DNA of 64,000 bases. Source: Phoronis australis (Eukaryota > Animalia > Phoronida). The notes under the pieces are model-generated. The model was given only the letters and a program-made list of their open reading frames with translations, was not told the DNA's origin and searched no databases. The stretch covers positions 99,815 to 163,814 of the forward strand of contig NMRA01000745.1 of assembly GCA_002633005.1 (NCBI GenBank), in the 5' to 3' direction. The translations under genes were made by a program, and so were the position numbers. Below, piece by piece: positions 12,538-26,254 of the stretch; the first letter of the stretch is position 1; every line of letters starts with the position of its first letter.

Positions 12538-13841
12538 CTAATCACATCAAAACACATAATTATTTATTTATTATTTATTTATTTATTTATTTATTATGAT
12601 ATTTAAAATGAGGGTGTTCTCTTCATTAATAGCACTGCTTTCCAAGAGGGCCCTCAACAACAAATAGCAGTATAATAATACAATGAAGTAATAAAACAAC
12701 GATTTAACATACGTACATGTAACAAAGGTACAATTAAAACAGGTTGAGAATTAGGACAATAACTAAATGACAAAGATTGGCGAAAATTTAACTATGAGAG
12801 ATCAAATTAAAAAAAAGAGATGACTCTTAACAGTGAGACTATTTACGACCACGAAAAAATGACATGATTAAGATAAGTAGGGTATAAAAGATTAGGTAAA
12901 TTACAGCCACAGTGTGCTCTTTAAAATTAATATCCTCACTCAGTAGGTAGTGTAAAGGTCAGCTTATTTGTATAGATAAAGATTTTCAGCGTAAACCTGG
13001 TCTCTTGGCGAACTGGTCTTGTCTATCTTTTCACAGCGTACAGCATGTTTTGGTTCTGTGGAATTGTGATTTGTTTAGGGATGCATTTGACATTTTTCGA
13101 GTATTGCGACACANAACCTTGTCGGGACCGCAACGGTGTGGCTGTACTTATCGAATACGTCAGGAAACCGATTGGTGCCAGCGCGTTCTCGTCACATACC
13201 TCTGTGTCAATTTTTTTTTTTTGGCGTCCATCGATTCTATCAGAGATGTGTTACTCAGAGAGTAATACATTTCTAGCTCTAACGATGACATTCGGAAACG
13301 CTATTCCTCAAAAAAATACTGAAAAGCCCCACTTACATGTACCTGCCCATGAGGTCGAGACAGATTGAAAAGTTTGATGGCGCGAAAACGTACAATTCCT
13401 CGGAAGACAATCATGTTTCCTTATTTACATGTCTGGTTTCATTTAACTTGTTTTCGTTTTATTTTACTAACATAATTAGGAAACGGCGATAGCTGTTTAA
13501 AGATATACTGTCACTCTTGTAGGCTATTCGCGCACCCTGCCTAAAATAGAGGGGGCTCGAATTTATCGGTACAGGTGTATGTGGTCTTTTCACTGTAAAA
13601 GGAACACGAGGACTATAAAAACCCGGTACTGGGTCCAGACCAATGGATCATGCAATCGCGCCGAATTCCTGTGGACTTTGTCTCGTTTTTTTCGGACTTT
13701 TTCGTTCTCTGGGGCGGACCTTTTTCCCCACTTCATCGAATGGGGGACTCGTTCGAGCCCCTCTAGTCTCCTCTGGGTGCGCGCATGTAGGCATAATTAC
13801 ATGTACTTGGTTCATGTATGCTATATCAGTGTGAATTTTAC

Positions 13842-14023
13842 CTAATGCAGAGCTCCACTTCATCTTGGTCGGAGTCTTACTGTACCAAAACTGTGGGTAG
13901 TTGGAAACTCTGTTCTCCCAGTCACAAACACCTTCACCATCTATTACTGCGACCCATCCTGTGTCTGTGTCACAGCTCTCGTACGCGGTACTGATGAAAA
14001 ATCGGCGGTGGGTAGTATGTCCC
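13842..14023 (-). CDS. Gene A exon 4, copy 1
   Basis: gattag| and |gtaaaa; GHTTHRRFFISTAYESCDTDTGWVAVIDGEGVCDWENRVSNYPQFWYSKTPTKMKWSSAL; phase 2 to 1 fits exons 3 and 5. Confidence 0.8.
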
Positions 14024-15624
14024 CTAATCATATCAAAACACATAATTGTTTATTTATTATTTATTTATTTATTTATTTATTATGATATTTAAAATGAGGA
14101 TGTTCTCTTCATTAATAGCACTGCTTTCCAAGAGGGCCCTCAACAACAAATAGCAGTATAATAATACAATGAAGTAATAAAACAACGATTTAACATACGT
14201 ACATGTAACAAAGGTACAATTAAAACAGGTTGAGAATTAGGACAATAACTAAATGACAAAGATTGGCGAAAATTTAACTATGAGAGATCAAATTAAAAAA
14301 AAGAGATGACTCTTAACAGTGAGACTATTTACGACCACGAAAAAATGACATGATTAAGATAAGTAGGGTATAAAAGATTAGGTAAATTACAGCCACAGTG
14401 TGCTCTTTAAAATTAATATCCTCACTCAGTAGGTAGTGTAAAGGTCAGCTTATTTGTATAGATAAAGATTTTCAGCGTAAACCTGGTCTCTTGGCGAACT
14501 GGTCTTGTCTATCTTTTCACAGCGTACAGCATGTTTTGGTTCTGTGGAATTGTGATTTGTTTAGGGATGCATTTGACATTTTTCGAGTATTGCGACACAC
14601 GGTAGCCCAACAGCCAAAGTGATTCAACTTAATAAAGACAATTAGTGATATTAATGCGTTTATTGTCACTTTTAACAACAGATTATGAGCTAATATCACC
14701 GCTGCTTGTTGCCGGTGTTTCTCGAAACAAGACAGGACAACAACTTGAGGCTGCTGTCACACGATCATCTGATATTCAAATGTGGCTCTTGAACATTTGG
14801 TACATGTACACTGTAGTTGTCTAAACCAATGTATACACACTGCATCTTTTCGTATACGAATTCTCTTATGCTAAAATTGATGTATGTAGACAAATGTTCC
14901 ACATAGAATTTTGCTGGTGGTGTGATTCATACCCAGGTGTGCGCAAATATTAGTACTCAACTTATGAGCCGAGTTCACGAGGTGAAATTGAGAAGTTTCA
15001 AATCATTTTAAAACAAACTCCAGAGACAGGTTAACTGCCGCAAAGTAGCCAGAATGCATGGAAATTGTACTATTTGGCTACAAAAACAAAAAATTCTCTT
15101 ACAGAGATTTTCCCCGCCCAGGTTGACGCTACAAGGTTCGGATTCGTCCGAATCCAGACACCCCTTCCCCGAAAACTTAGATCCGCCACTGAATACACCT
15201 GTAGTGTGCGTGCTGTGATACGCCGTAATATATAATAAGTTTGTAAAATGTGCTATTGTTACATTTTACGAAACCTACGTCATATTGCAAGGAAATTAAC
15301 CGAAATCACGAACAAGTGGTATCTGACACGACCAGGGACTACTGGAGTATTTTTGTGCGAGCGGTGATGCCCGAAAAATTTGAATACGTACCTGTGGGCT
15401 CGGACAAAAAAGTGAACCCTTTGGGGACAAATTTGTGTAGAAAATCAGTTTCGCACAGTTTAGTTCCAGGAATTCAGGAACGTCACCTTTTAGATATAAT
15501 TTTTTAGAAAATCGCACCATTTTGGAGAGTGTTTTTTCTATGAAAAAACACCCTTTTGGGCTGAACTTTTCGTATACATCTTGTATGGAAAGCCTTCCTG
15601 GCTAACACGACATGAAATTGGATT

Positions 15625-15730
15625 ATCATTTTTATTAGTATTACATTACTAGTACTACTGCTATTATTATTACTTCTATCACTATTGTTACTCGTCATCG
15701 TTTTCGTTATCCTTATTATTATCATCAATA
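15625..15730. repeat. Degenerate trinucleotide (ATT/ACT/ATC)n microsatellite
   Basis: attattagtattacattactagtactactgctattattattact... Confidence 0.7.
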
Positions 15731-17667
15731 TTTTTAAATTGATTTAACGAGGACACAATACATAATTAGCAAACTGCTAATACATCATGGTCCTCAAAGA
15801 TTTTAAAACCGTCTCATTTATGGTTTAATGTTTTCATCGGGCTTTCCATAGTGGACAGCGAGTGCTGTTCCAAAGGATTTTAAAGGGGTTCCCATGTTCA
15901 ACCTCAACGATATTGTGAGGAACGTCTTGACAACTGTGGATGCAAAGTACGCCTACTTCTTGGAAACGAGGAGGATGAGATTTAAAATCTTGTTTAGACG
16001 TGCACCAACTTCAAAAATTGATTATTTCTGGCCTATCGGCAAGCCCTGTATTGTGTGTAAATATAACAGTACTATATACATGTACATCTGTAGTTTGCCA
16101 AGAACTTAATTCAGACTATTTTACTCGTGACTTTCATCTAAACGTGAGGATACCCACCGTGTAACCATTTTATCTCGTGTTGGAAACATTCCGTGTTAAA
16201 GATCTGGGGATTGTTACACGATTATGTTTAAGTTGGACTCTGGATGCAGACATTTTTCGAGAACTGACGATTCGTCGGCTGCGGTCCCTGGGACATCAAA
16301 ATTGCTGGTAATGGACATACAAAACGCGCAATAATTTTCTGTGGAACGGGGCCCAATACTCTTAGAAAAACACAGTGATGTAACAGAGTGATTTGAACTA
16401 GGTTTCGTTGAAAGTGGATTCTATGGAACAAAAACCGCCAACTTCAAAGTCAATGATGTTTAACATGAACATTTTATACAATGTATAAAAGCGTAAATAT
16501 ACCAGAATCGTTTATGTGCGAGCTGCAACACAAAAATGGCGCATCATGAGACACGTGACTTCACGACCATTAGTAATACAATGTCAAACCTTGTCATTAT
16601 TTATAAGTATTTCGAACTAACGAACACTGACCAAATACTAATTTCATTTCATATTTTATTTTAAAAGATAATTGAAAGAGAAAGTGCAGGTTTTTATATT
16701 CCGAAAGGTCGACAGTCAGCTTTTTGGACTATTGCCCCTTGCAAAATATCCATGTCCTTTCAGAGCGCAAAATATGTTCTATTTCCCCCAGCTAGACATC
16801 TCATTTTTACATGTACAGGTCACGGTTTGACCTGTTGTTACCACCACTATTTCAGACATGTTTGACGTCATAGGGACAATGATATTTCTTTCAGCTTTTA
16901 AGCTGAATAAAATACGTTACTATGCCGCCACTTTTTTAAACTATTGGCTTGCCCTTCTCAAAGGCGAAATTTTGCTGTTGTTTTGGGAAAATCTCTCAAC
17001 CAGCCGGCAAACAAATGCGTGATTCTACTTCCGTTCACCACAATGTCTCTACGAAATTGTCATTCGTAACTAAGGTGGTAGACAGAACCTGTCTGCATCA
17101 GAAACATTGGTTTTGCTCCTTTAGTGTGGAGCAGGTCAATTATAAGGCAATAAAACACTGGTCGAAATAAACCAAACTATCGTTTTTTCAATGAAATTGG
17201 CTTCCAAAATTTAATTCTCCATGAAAAAATTTGTTACTGTCGTTCGTTTCCAAAGAAATACGAAACTGCACGGTGTGCATTTCTGACTATATCATGAAAC
17301 TACTCATGTTAAAAAACATGTAAAGCACATAGAGATACTTCTAAAAGTTCGACCTGGCACATTTGGTAACATTTCATTCACACAATCCGAGAAGGAAGGC
17401 GTCAAGTGTGTGAACGGTTTTCTAACGTGTGACAAATATCATACAAACACATGCAATATGACGTTGCTTTCGTAAAATGTAATAATGGTACATTTCTCAC
17501 ATGTGCATTCGACGTAAATTGTAACAATTACATACTGTAACAACTTGTTTTATTTTAGGAGAGGCCTTGCAACATAAAATGTAACAATTTCGTGAAATGT
17601 AACAGTTGTTACATTTTACGAAATTGTTACATTTCGTATTGTGACAATTTTCATCAATAATACTTAC

Positions 17668-17822
17668 AATTCTAAAATTTTGAAGTTGCTGACGTCGATC
17701 AAGTCAATAAAAGAAGAGTTGATAAGTCTACCTTGGCTGAACCAGTCTAGTTTGGTAGAAGATTTTCCTTCGAATTCCATAGTGAAAACTTCGCGCCCTT
17801 CTTTGAAGAAGGCGAATTTTAC
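17668..17822 (-). CDS. Gene A exon 3
   Basis: ttgcag| and |gtaagt; VKFAFFKEGREVFTMEFEGKSSTKLDWFSQGRLINSSFIDLIDVSNFKILE; paralogous to 40611-40762. Confidence 0.85.
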
Positions 17823-18104
17823 CTGCAATAGTAGGATTTATCATCACCGCATTGTATGGGTCATTATCTATTCTTACCAGCAAAATCAAAAGCGCACAAA
17901 TCGTACATGTAACTTTGTTGACTAGCTTCCTCAAAATAAATTAAACAAATAACGATTCTTATATGTATCACCGTGGAAATAATTCCGAAAGTTGTGTTAA
18001 CCGGCTGTCATTCACCATAGCTCTCGGTCTATTGTCGCCGTAATCACGAGCGAAAAACAATACCGTGGCTAACGTTAAAGTGACTAACATCACCAATAAG
18101 ATAA

Positions 18105-19320
18105 ATATCCGGTGTCTCAAAAACTGAGCCACTATTTGACAAGGAATTTCTCAGCAATTGACTTGATTCTACAGTTGGTTTACAAGATACAGCTATGGGC
18201 ACAAAACCAAACTAAACTGCCGCAAGGAGGCGTTAAAGTAGATGATGTCGTCATCGGCAATTGTCTTCATCACACTGAGAACACAGTGGTCAAAGTAGTC
18301 AAAGTCGTTGAAAAATCATCGTCAACCGTTCTCTTTAGCGAAAAACATACATGCAAATTTTTACAATCATCCTTAGAGCGGTTTGGTTGGTAGAGGGTCG
18401 GACATCACAAAACAGACTCGAAAACAGTAAAAATAGCCTCTAGGTCGCGCGAAATACCTCGAATCCATTCGAAAACGGGTGAATAGCGTCATCTCACCAA
18501 TGGATGCGTCTATGCAAATTTTACGAAAATTTGTTAAAAACCTTGAAAAATACAGAGCTAAGGGTAAATTATTGCCACTGGGGTGCACACCGGTAGAGGG
18601 ATCATTCCGAATGTTCGCCTATGATGTCCCATCCATGAAAGGAACACGTGCAAAATTCCTTGGGCATATGTCATAGGGTTTTGGAGCAGCGGACGCCGGA
18701 CAGACGCCGGACGGACGCCTGACAAACGTGGATGACGGCATAATGCAACCACATATCATTATGTGTGCGCACAAAATCACCGAAATGATCGTGTTTATGG
18801 GAAACAAAAACAGATTTTTCCAAAAGCAATGATTTCCGCTAGAGTATCCAGTGAAGGAAAAACAAATATTCATTTTATTGACACCGATGGAGCCAAAGTT
18901 AACAGTGAGTCAACGATACATGCAATGATTCAATGAAAACCTTCTACCGGATACCATGTGACTTTATTCAGGAAACGATTACGTGTTTCCGTAAGATGGG
19001 GCTCCTTCACACCAGAGCAAGATAACCAAGGCTGATCTGGTGGAGGCCACACCAAAACTCATGAAAAAAATTGTGGCCTCCGCTCAATTCTGATTGCAAT
19101 CCAATGGACTATGCCATATGGGACTCACCGAGGAGAAAGTTTACCGGGTAGTGAGAGACAACTTGATTTAGCAGGAGATAAAAGACACAGTAAATTAGTC
19201 ATGAGAGGAAATCTTGATGGCAGCATTTCTGATTTGGTAGTAGAAGAAAATGGAGGCCACATTGAGAGTAGGCTGAAATCAACAAGCTTCTGTTCGATAT
19301 TTTAACTTTTACCTGATGCA
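18105..19320 (+). mobile_element. Decayed Tc1/mariner-superfamily transposon (ends approximate)
   Basis: Frameshifted transposase C-terminus at ~18860-19270: YVF..DGAPSH, WPP..D.NPMDYAIW, VVEENGGHIE. Left end tatccggtgtctcaaaaa resembles a Tc1-type TIR. Confidence 0.7.
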
Positions 19321-20401
19321 TATGACAGTGCTCAGACAATTTCAAGCAGATCTCTGTCATATTTTGCACATTCGTAGATGATATTCGAAGTTTTTTTAGG
19401 TATTAAACTTAAACATAATTCAATATATCCGTTACGATGCGATTTGCTTTTATTTAGTTGTCATAGTAGTCAACCATCAAGTTGGATATCAGCCTGGTTT
19501 GAATTGCTCGTGCATACGATTTTATGGTATTCCTGATTGCATGTGTGAACATTTTTGAGAACGACGCGAGAAACGAAATGTGTCCGTGAGAACTGAATGC
19601 TTTGTCAATGAAAACTCCTTTAGGAAGGAGGAATTTATCTTGTCTTCACAGTTCTGTTTTCGTATGGCGATAATTCAGTCCAAAAACTGACATTGATGGA
19701 TGTTGGCACCCCGTTCATGTACTTCGCCTCGATGCATAATTTTGCTTATACTCATAATTTTGCTTATACGCATAAATTTGCTTATTCGAACGTCATGTCC
19801 TCCAAGCCCACCATTTTACTCCATCACATCTTAAAAACTAACGTCATCCGACTTTGCAAGCCCTATTTGTTAATCATAGAACAGTTGCACCTGGTCCATC
19901 TCAAAAGGAACATGATGCTTGTATACAATAGAAAGGCCCGAAAATCGTGTCATTACGTAAAAAAGCTGTTGTTAGTCAAAAGGTTCCGAACAGTTTGACC
20001 ATGACAGGGCTAGCCAAAAGAGCAACGAGTGTTGTAAGTGGTCCCTGCCACACATTTATGAACTCGATAACAAAAGTCGATCACGTGCTAGCACATCAAT
20101 TTAAACTACTCTTCATCAACGTCGTATATTAAATGGACTTGACAGAGTATTTCAAGGATCTACGAGTTGGAAGGAGTTATGACGATCATATTGTTCAGTG
20201 TCAAGCGCAACATTTGTTTTATGTGTAGCAAGCAGCAAACATGGTTGTGTGTCAAATGTGTGATTACTTTGTTGCGAATGGAAGGTTGAAGAAATATTTG
20301 GCGAACGGAGGAAATGGTGTCACCAGACAGTGTAAAGGCTTAGAAGACGCTAAGTTTTGTGCACGTGCTTTTTTCCCGTCCACTATACATGTAAGACGTA
20401 C

Positions 20402-20577
20402 CTGATACACGCCAAACTTGTCCCAGTTCTCCACAAGATGGCTCTTGTAATGTTCTACTGACGGCACCATTTTGAATACTTCCGCCCCAGGCTGAGCTGT
20501 GAATGTTGACCCCGCCCAGAGGTTATACACACTTTTGTTGTTTGCGCTGCTTACTTTAAATGCAAGTTTCCAGGTGT
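20402..20577 (-). CDS. Gene A exon 2
   Basis: ttttatag| and |gtacgt; (D)TWKLAFKVSSANNKSVYNLWAGSTFTAQPGAEVFKMVPSVEHYKSHLVENWDKFGVYQ. Confidence 0.85.
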
Positions 20578-21307
20578 CTATAAAAGAACATACTCACAAA
20601 CATTCGGAATTCAAAAAAATCAAATTTTCTACAGATTTTCCGTAATTTGAAACTATGAATTTTAAAAATACCACGTCGTCGTCAAAATTTTCTTTAAACT
20701 AATTTGTACAGAAATTAAAATTTTTCGAATTACAGCTGCTTATTAGGTTTGTCTTTGTCTTTGAACGACACCCCGCTAATATTTCTAAATTTAAGAGTAC
20801 GTAGGGGTCTACTAGAAAAGTTTTAATTCTGACCAATTTCGAAGCAGTGGCTGGTTTGACTTGAATGTAATGAACACACTCGGCCGCACTCCAAAACTCT
20901 GTTTTGAATTGTTTCTAAAACGTTTCTTTTCACGAGGGGCTATGAAATATTGGTCTTAAATGACTCAAATGTTGCATTAAAAAAACCGAATATTTTCAAA
21001 ATGTGTATCAACATTTCTGAGATTTCATCTGAACGTTTAATATGTGAAAGACAAGTGTTACTGATATCGTTGTTTTGCTCTGCATTTACATTTTTATTTG
21101 GCTAACTTTTACTAAAATCTCACAATAAAATGGATGAAGTCAAATTTCAAATTGTATTGGTTTGCTCATTTTAGATGATACGTTTACCGAGTTCAATTTA
21201 AACGTTTTGTGAATATTTCTTTAACAAACTTAACGATAAGGTTTCACAAAGTCATAACAATGGGTTACGTAGGGTGCTCATTTTTACTTTCGGAAAAAAC
21301 TAATTAC

Positions 21308-21623
21308 CTGTGCGGGCGAATATGCGCCAACTGGTGTCTACCGTCTGGTACGTCGCTAACCACTTGTAACTACTTATTTCACAAGCTTGGTTCTTTCCAC
21401 TGTAACCCAAGAAGGAGCAACGCCGTAACAAGCATAGAGACGCACACCACATCTGGGAAGGAATGCAGCTGTATGCACCATCCAGGAAACTCGGGAGGAT
21501 TCTGTGACCAATGTAGGATAATTCCTGGGACAGTAGCACATCACGTTTCTGTTGTTTGGACACTGCTATGACACAGGACAGGCATAATGCGACGACAAGA
21601 GAGTGCCTTCTGTAACCTGGCAT
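21308..21623 (-). CDS. Gene A exon 1: signal peptide + PAN/Apple-like Cys module (alternative ATGs at 21629, 21665)
   Basis: MPGYRRHSLVVALCLSCVIAVS..ELSYIGHRILPSFLD..SQMWCASLCLLRRCSFLGYSGKNQACEISS..; |gtaatt donor. Five exons sum to 891 nt (296 aa + stop), no internal stops. Confidence 0.85.
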
Positions 21624-23374
21624 ATTCATTACTGCGGCAACTTTACCAAACACAGCTAAATGCATTGTGCGATGAACACGTATCCGGCACTGTCAGTTAT
21701 ACTGAAGAAATCAATGCATGAATATCTGTGATCGCCTGGCAAATACTTTGCATAGCGTTGGTGCACGTCATCGTGCATTCTCCAAATGGGACACCATGGA
21801 ACTTTCATGAAAACTGTTTACAGAAATTGTGCGTTACTTCGTTGGGAGTAAAAAGAGCAAAGTGAACCACTTCCACGGACCCCACCAAAGCGAAGTGAAA
21901 ACTGCAAAGTTCGACAGGAAACTGCTGACAAAAAGAAGTGTAACAAGTTGGTGTGTTTGTTAGGGTTGTAATGTGGAAATCTTGAGCACATGTCCTCAGA
22001 ATTCCTAAGTACAGTTATGACCGAATATAGTTAACGTTAGGGGTTTCTAAGGAGGACCTACTGCAGGGTAACTAGGTTATGCTGCACAATAGTTTGATCA
22101 AACTATTCCAGTAAGCGAAAGTCTTGTAAGTTAGACGAGGTTTACAGTACGTCGTCCTGTTGTTTTGATGTCTATTGCTCTAAACTCAATGAAAGAGCAC
22201 TGCTGATAACAATGTTAAGTCGATTTAAAACGGTTGTTGTTTTCTAATATTTTTGGCATGAAATCAATAAATTGACAATGGAGTTATGAAGAAATGATGA
22301 GTGAAAATATAACGCAGCGCTTGCTTTTGTAGTTTTGTCAGGATCTCTGATTTTTCGACGCTTTTCTGTTGAAAGATGCTATCGAGAACGCAACGATAAG
22401 CGACCGGAAACGCAAATTTGTGTTTGTTTTTGCGACCGTGAACGCATCGTGGTGTGTCGAACAGTAATGAACTTTTAAACGTGAAAAAGGTTACACAATA
22501 AGTGTGGTGCAATGAATTAATTTGCACTCTATCTACATCATGCATAACTTTAGTTTCACACACGGTTTTATTTTCATTTCAAGAAACTAGTTTACTGTTA
22601 GTGTGATGCGAGCTTCAACGAACATGTTACCCACGACGTGAAGGTACACCCTACCAAGGTTTTAAAATACAGAGATCTACTTTTAGACGAAACCACTGAA
22701 AACAAGAGGTTCTAAACTGAAGAGTCACCCAGGACGTATTCCATGTGGCGTGTCAGGCACGGGTAAACAAATTGTTGCAGCAGACAAAGCGAGTGTAGAA
22801 TCTTCTTGTAAAATTGTGACAGCAAAAGGAAGAAAAATAGCCAATGAAGTCAAATGATGATGTTGAGCTTGCCCGTGGTAAGATAGAGGAGTGCGGCAAC
22901 ACTAAAAATTGGGAAGAAGTTGTGTAAACTGGTGTGCTGATAAAATCGGTGGGATTTTCCTTATGATGTTTTACTGATAACATCGATACAGGGATGAACA
23001 GATTGAATTGTGGCACCCGTATGGCTTGAATGTACAGTGTGTTTGACTCTTCTGTTTTGTAGTCTGGGTCCTAACTTCACTTGCATCACCAGTTTATGAT
23101 CTCCAGTTTATTGTGACAGTGAAAAAGGTCAAGACATGTATAATACACGTACTAAATTGTGATTTTCTCAAAATGTAGCCAACATGTTGTTACTAACGTC
23201 ACTTCAACTACACACTGTAGTGATTTTCACAGGAAATCAACAACAATGTTATAGCACTTCTATTATAATATTAATCTTTTATCAAACAAATCTCAAAATT
23301 AGACATACAAAAACAATATTGCTTCAGGGAAATCAACAATACAATTCCATTGAACATTTCCCACGAATTAATTA

Positions 23375-25385
23375 AACTAAATCTCCAGTCGCGGAAAGAC
23401 TTTAACCGTGAGCTAAAAAATAACGTGCACGTAATTATTTATTTGAATTAGCCACGAAACTGAAAATCTACTTACATGTATTTGACGGGGACTGCGAAGT
23501 CGGGTTCCCCTTCTACAGACAGTCAGGGAAAAGCTTGTACAGTAACAATGCTTTGAATAATGCATTTGTATTTCTAAATAAATATTCCCCTAAAATGTAA
23601 CCATAGCGTATAAAATCGAGTAATTGTTTCACAACTGCTTTCTGTCAGCAAACACTGACTTAGCATGCGCTCACACGGCCTCGATGCCCGGTCAGTTACC
23701 TTGTTGCCGGCATCTAAAGCCGGTAACGCAGTGGTTTATTCATTGCTGGCTTCTCAACACTTTCACTTAGGAATACTGCAAAGACATTGCAGATTGTATC
23801 TAATAAGACAAACTTTGTTTCAGTTTCATATAAGCATTGGCTAGCATGAGAATAATTCATTTTGAAACAGAACGCAGAATAATAAACGTCTACATGGCAA
23901 CTCGCCCGGTGCCAGTCCCGACGTAGTCAAGAGCTAATCCGACGAAGACTTTACGGTTAGGATCTTTAGGTTCCACAGGCTATCAGTTCTAACCGGAATA
24001 CACTGATCAGTAAATCATCGAGAGGCGCCGTGAACATGCAGAGGAAACAGAACGAGTGGATAATTCTTTGGTAAGTTGGAATTCGTCAAAGAAATCACTG
24101 TCAACGCAATTTCGGCCACAGACACGGAGATGTTTCACGGCCTCATACATGTACTTGCTCTTAACAGCGTATTTTTCATTCTTCATACCACGAGCAACTT
24201 CCTCTCGAGGAAGTCGAAAAACGATATACCCGTTTTTTTCGCAGCTTCATATATGTATTTCGGACAAACGGGAACGATGCACCGCAATATAGCGGTTTGA
24301 TAAAATTGCTGTACCAACTGTGTGCTACGGCGAGGAAATCTGGGGACTCAAAGAATACGAATGGCTTGAAAATGTTTATGTTAAATTCTGTAAAATTGCT
24401 CTTGGAGTTGGAAACTCTTGCTCAAACGCAGCTGTATTGGATGAATGTGGAATTTATGCAAAGTATTATGTCACGTGTGTAAAATATTGGCTAAAGTTAT
24501 TGAAAATGCCACCTACTAGATACGCTAAAGCGGCTTATGACATGTTAGTTGATTTAGATAGGCATGGAAGAAATAGTTGGGTATCTTCTGTTAGACAATT
24601 GCTATCAAAATACGGTTTTTATGAAATTTGGTTGAATCAAGGTGTCTCGTGACAAGTCTCGTTTTTAAGTTTCTTCGCGCAAAGAGTTAATGACTGTTAT
24701 GAACAAGGTTGGCGATCAGAAATTGAGCTCAATGCAAAACTTAAATTCTACTGTAACTTTAAGACTCTGTACTGTTTTGAACCATATCTTAAGTTACCGC
24801 TACACAATAGCCTTATTCCAGCGTTTACTCGTTTACTTTGCTCCAACCACAGACTACAAGGGGAAGTGGGTAGACACGAGACAGTGGATTATTACAATAG
24901 ATTATGTATGGCTTGCAATGATGGTCTTGTAGAGGATGAGTACCATTTCGTGTTGGTTTGCAAGGGATATTGTGAACTTAGGTCACGTTTTATGAAGGAA
25001 GTTCAATGGAGGCATCCAACTCAAGAATCCTGTATACTCCTGCTCGCTAATCCAGATATATCTGATATTAAATATGTGTATTTTTCCCTTAAAAGACGAG
25101 AACAACTCTTAAATGGGTTGACTGCTTGTGCAAATGTGCCTGTTTAATTGTTTTGTTTATTGTACTTTGGTCCAGAGGCCTTCAATACAAATAAACGTAT
25201 TATTATGATATAGCGGCATTCACTCTGCAGACGAACCACTGACGTCGCTGCGTCGTTTCTCACCTTCCTCACATGTTATCACCACACCTCTCGGCAAAGT
25301 GAGGTCGATTGTATTAGAGGCGATGTGGATATAGACCGATTAAGACGGTAAATATATTAATTAAATCGGGTGGCATTCTCCTTCA
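23375..25385. mobile_element. Partial copy of the TTAA-flanked non-autonomous element family (see 41276-47855), opposite orientation, interrupted by a LINE fragment
   Basis: Collinear reverse-complement homology with 41274-42298 and 47860-48570; ends in gggtggcattctcctt. Confidence 0.75.
24296..25207 (+). mobile_element. 5'-truncated LINE fragment (RTE-X-like ORF2 C-terminus) with 9-bp TSD
   Basis: YGEEIWG..KFCK..LGV..KYWLKL..RLCMACN..EDEYHFVLVC; aataaa plus (tat)n tail; TSD atatagcgg at 24287-24295 and 25208-25216; uninterrupted host site visible at ~41445-41455. Confidence 0.9.
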
Positions 25386-25803
25386 AAAACATTTAAGCTA
25401 ACCAATTCATTTAACTGTTGTAATATACCACGGCATTTAAAGCATAGAAACGGCGCACAACTGGTGACTGATTCAACACGAGAAAGACACACATGTGCGG
25501 TCTGAAAATAGTGAAATTCAGATACCTATTACCAAGCCTGCCTGAAGGGCTGACAATTTTTCTTGTACTAATTTCAAGGGTATGGAGCAGGCCCGTAGCC
25601 AGCATTGCGTGGGGGGTGGTTCAAATTCAAGAACGGTGGACCTTTGATATTTTCCAAACGTCGACACTAGAGTTTTTTAAAGGCAATGGGCGCAGCTTAA
25701 TTAAGGGGAAGGGAAATCGGTATACACCAAAATGACTCTCAGATCTATGTTCCGGAGATGAGACGGAATTCGTAATACCAGAAATGCGGGTGTCGTGACG
25801 GTT

Positions 25804-26029
25804 GCATGCGCTCACCCAGCCTGAATAATGGGGAGCTTGAATTTTTGAGAGCTATGATGACTTGTGCATTCACCGAATTTTAGCAGTTCCTGCCTTTTTA
25901 GCAGACCTTTGTCTCGCTTTCAACTACTTTTCGGAGTTTTTGTTTCTCCGAGGCGGACTATCTTGCTAACTTCTCCAAAAAGGAGCGGGGCTTGTTCGAA
26001 GCCGCCGAGCTCACCTGGGTGCTCGCATG
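25804..26029. mobile_element. ~230-bp MITE; relatives at ~12050-12305, ~13530-13790, ~27380-27635
   Basis: TIR catgcgctcaccca / tgggtgctcgcatg; shared internal ccgaattt..ggaccttt..ctcgttcgagcc across copies. Confidence 0.65.
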
Positions 26030-26254
26030 CAGTTGCTCCCAAGAAGAACGGGACTCAAATCCGAGACAATGTTGTTTTTGCGTTGCTTCCTGCAAAACTT
26101 TCAAATCAGGTGTAGTTGAATGAGATGTTACACCTCATTACATACTCGGAAGGAAACATAAAATCACAGAATGATTTGAAATTTTTTATCTAGTTATGGT
26201 TTTGCGTGTTGCTTAAGTTGCCAACATCGCTGGAATTGGGTACAACCCACTGAA

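Larger units (their letters stand above)
11640..14599. repeat. ~1.48-kb direct duplication (11640-13113 / 13115-14599) around N at 13114, duplicating gene A exon 4
   Basis: Collinear copies; the left ~950 bp differ by SNPs and indels, the right ~500 bp look identical. Confidence 0.9.

Noticed and set aside
12415-12606. Plus-strand ORFs such as METPFSQSQ (also 13901-14092, 21209-21571, 57059-57379)
   Set aside because: Antisense shadows of the real minus-strand exons.
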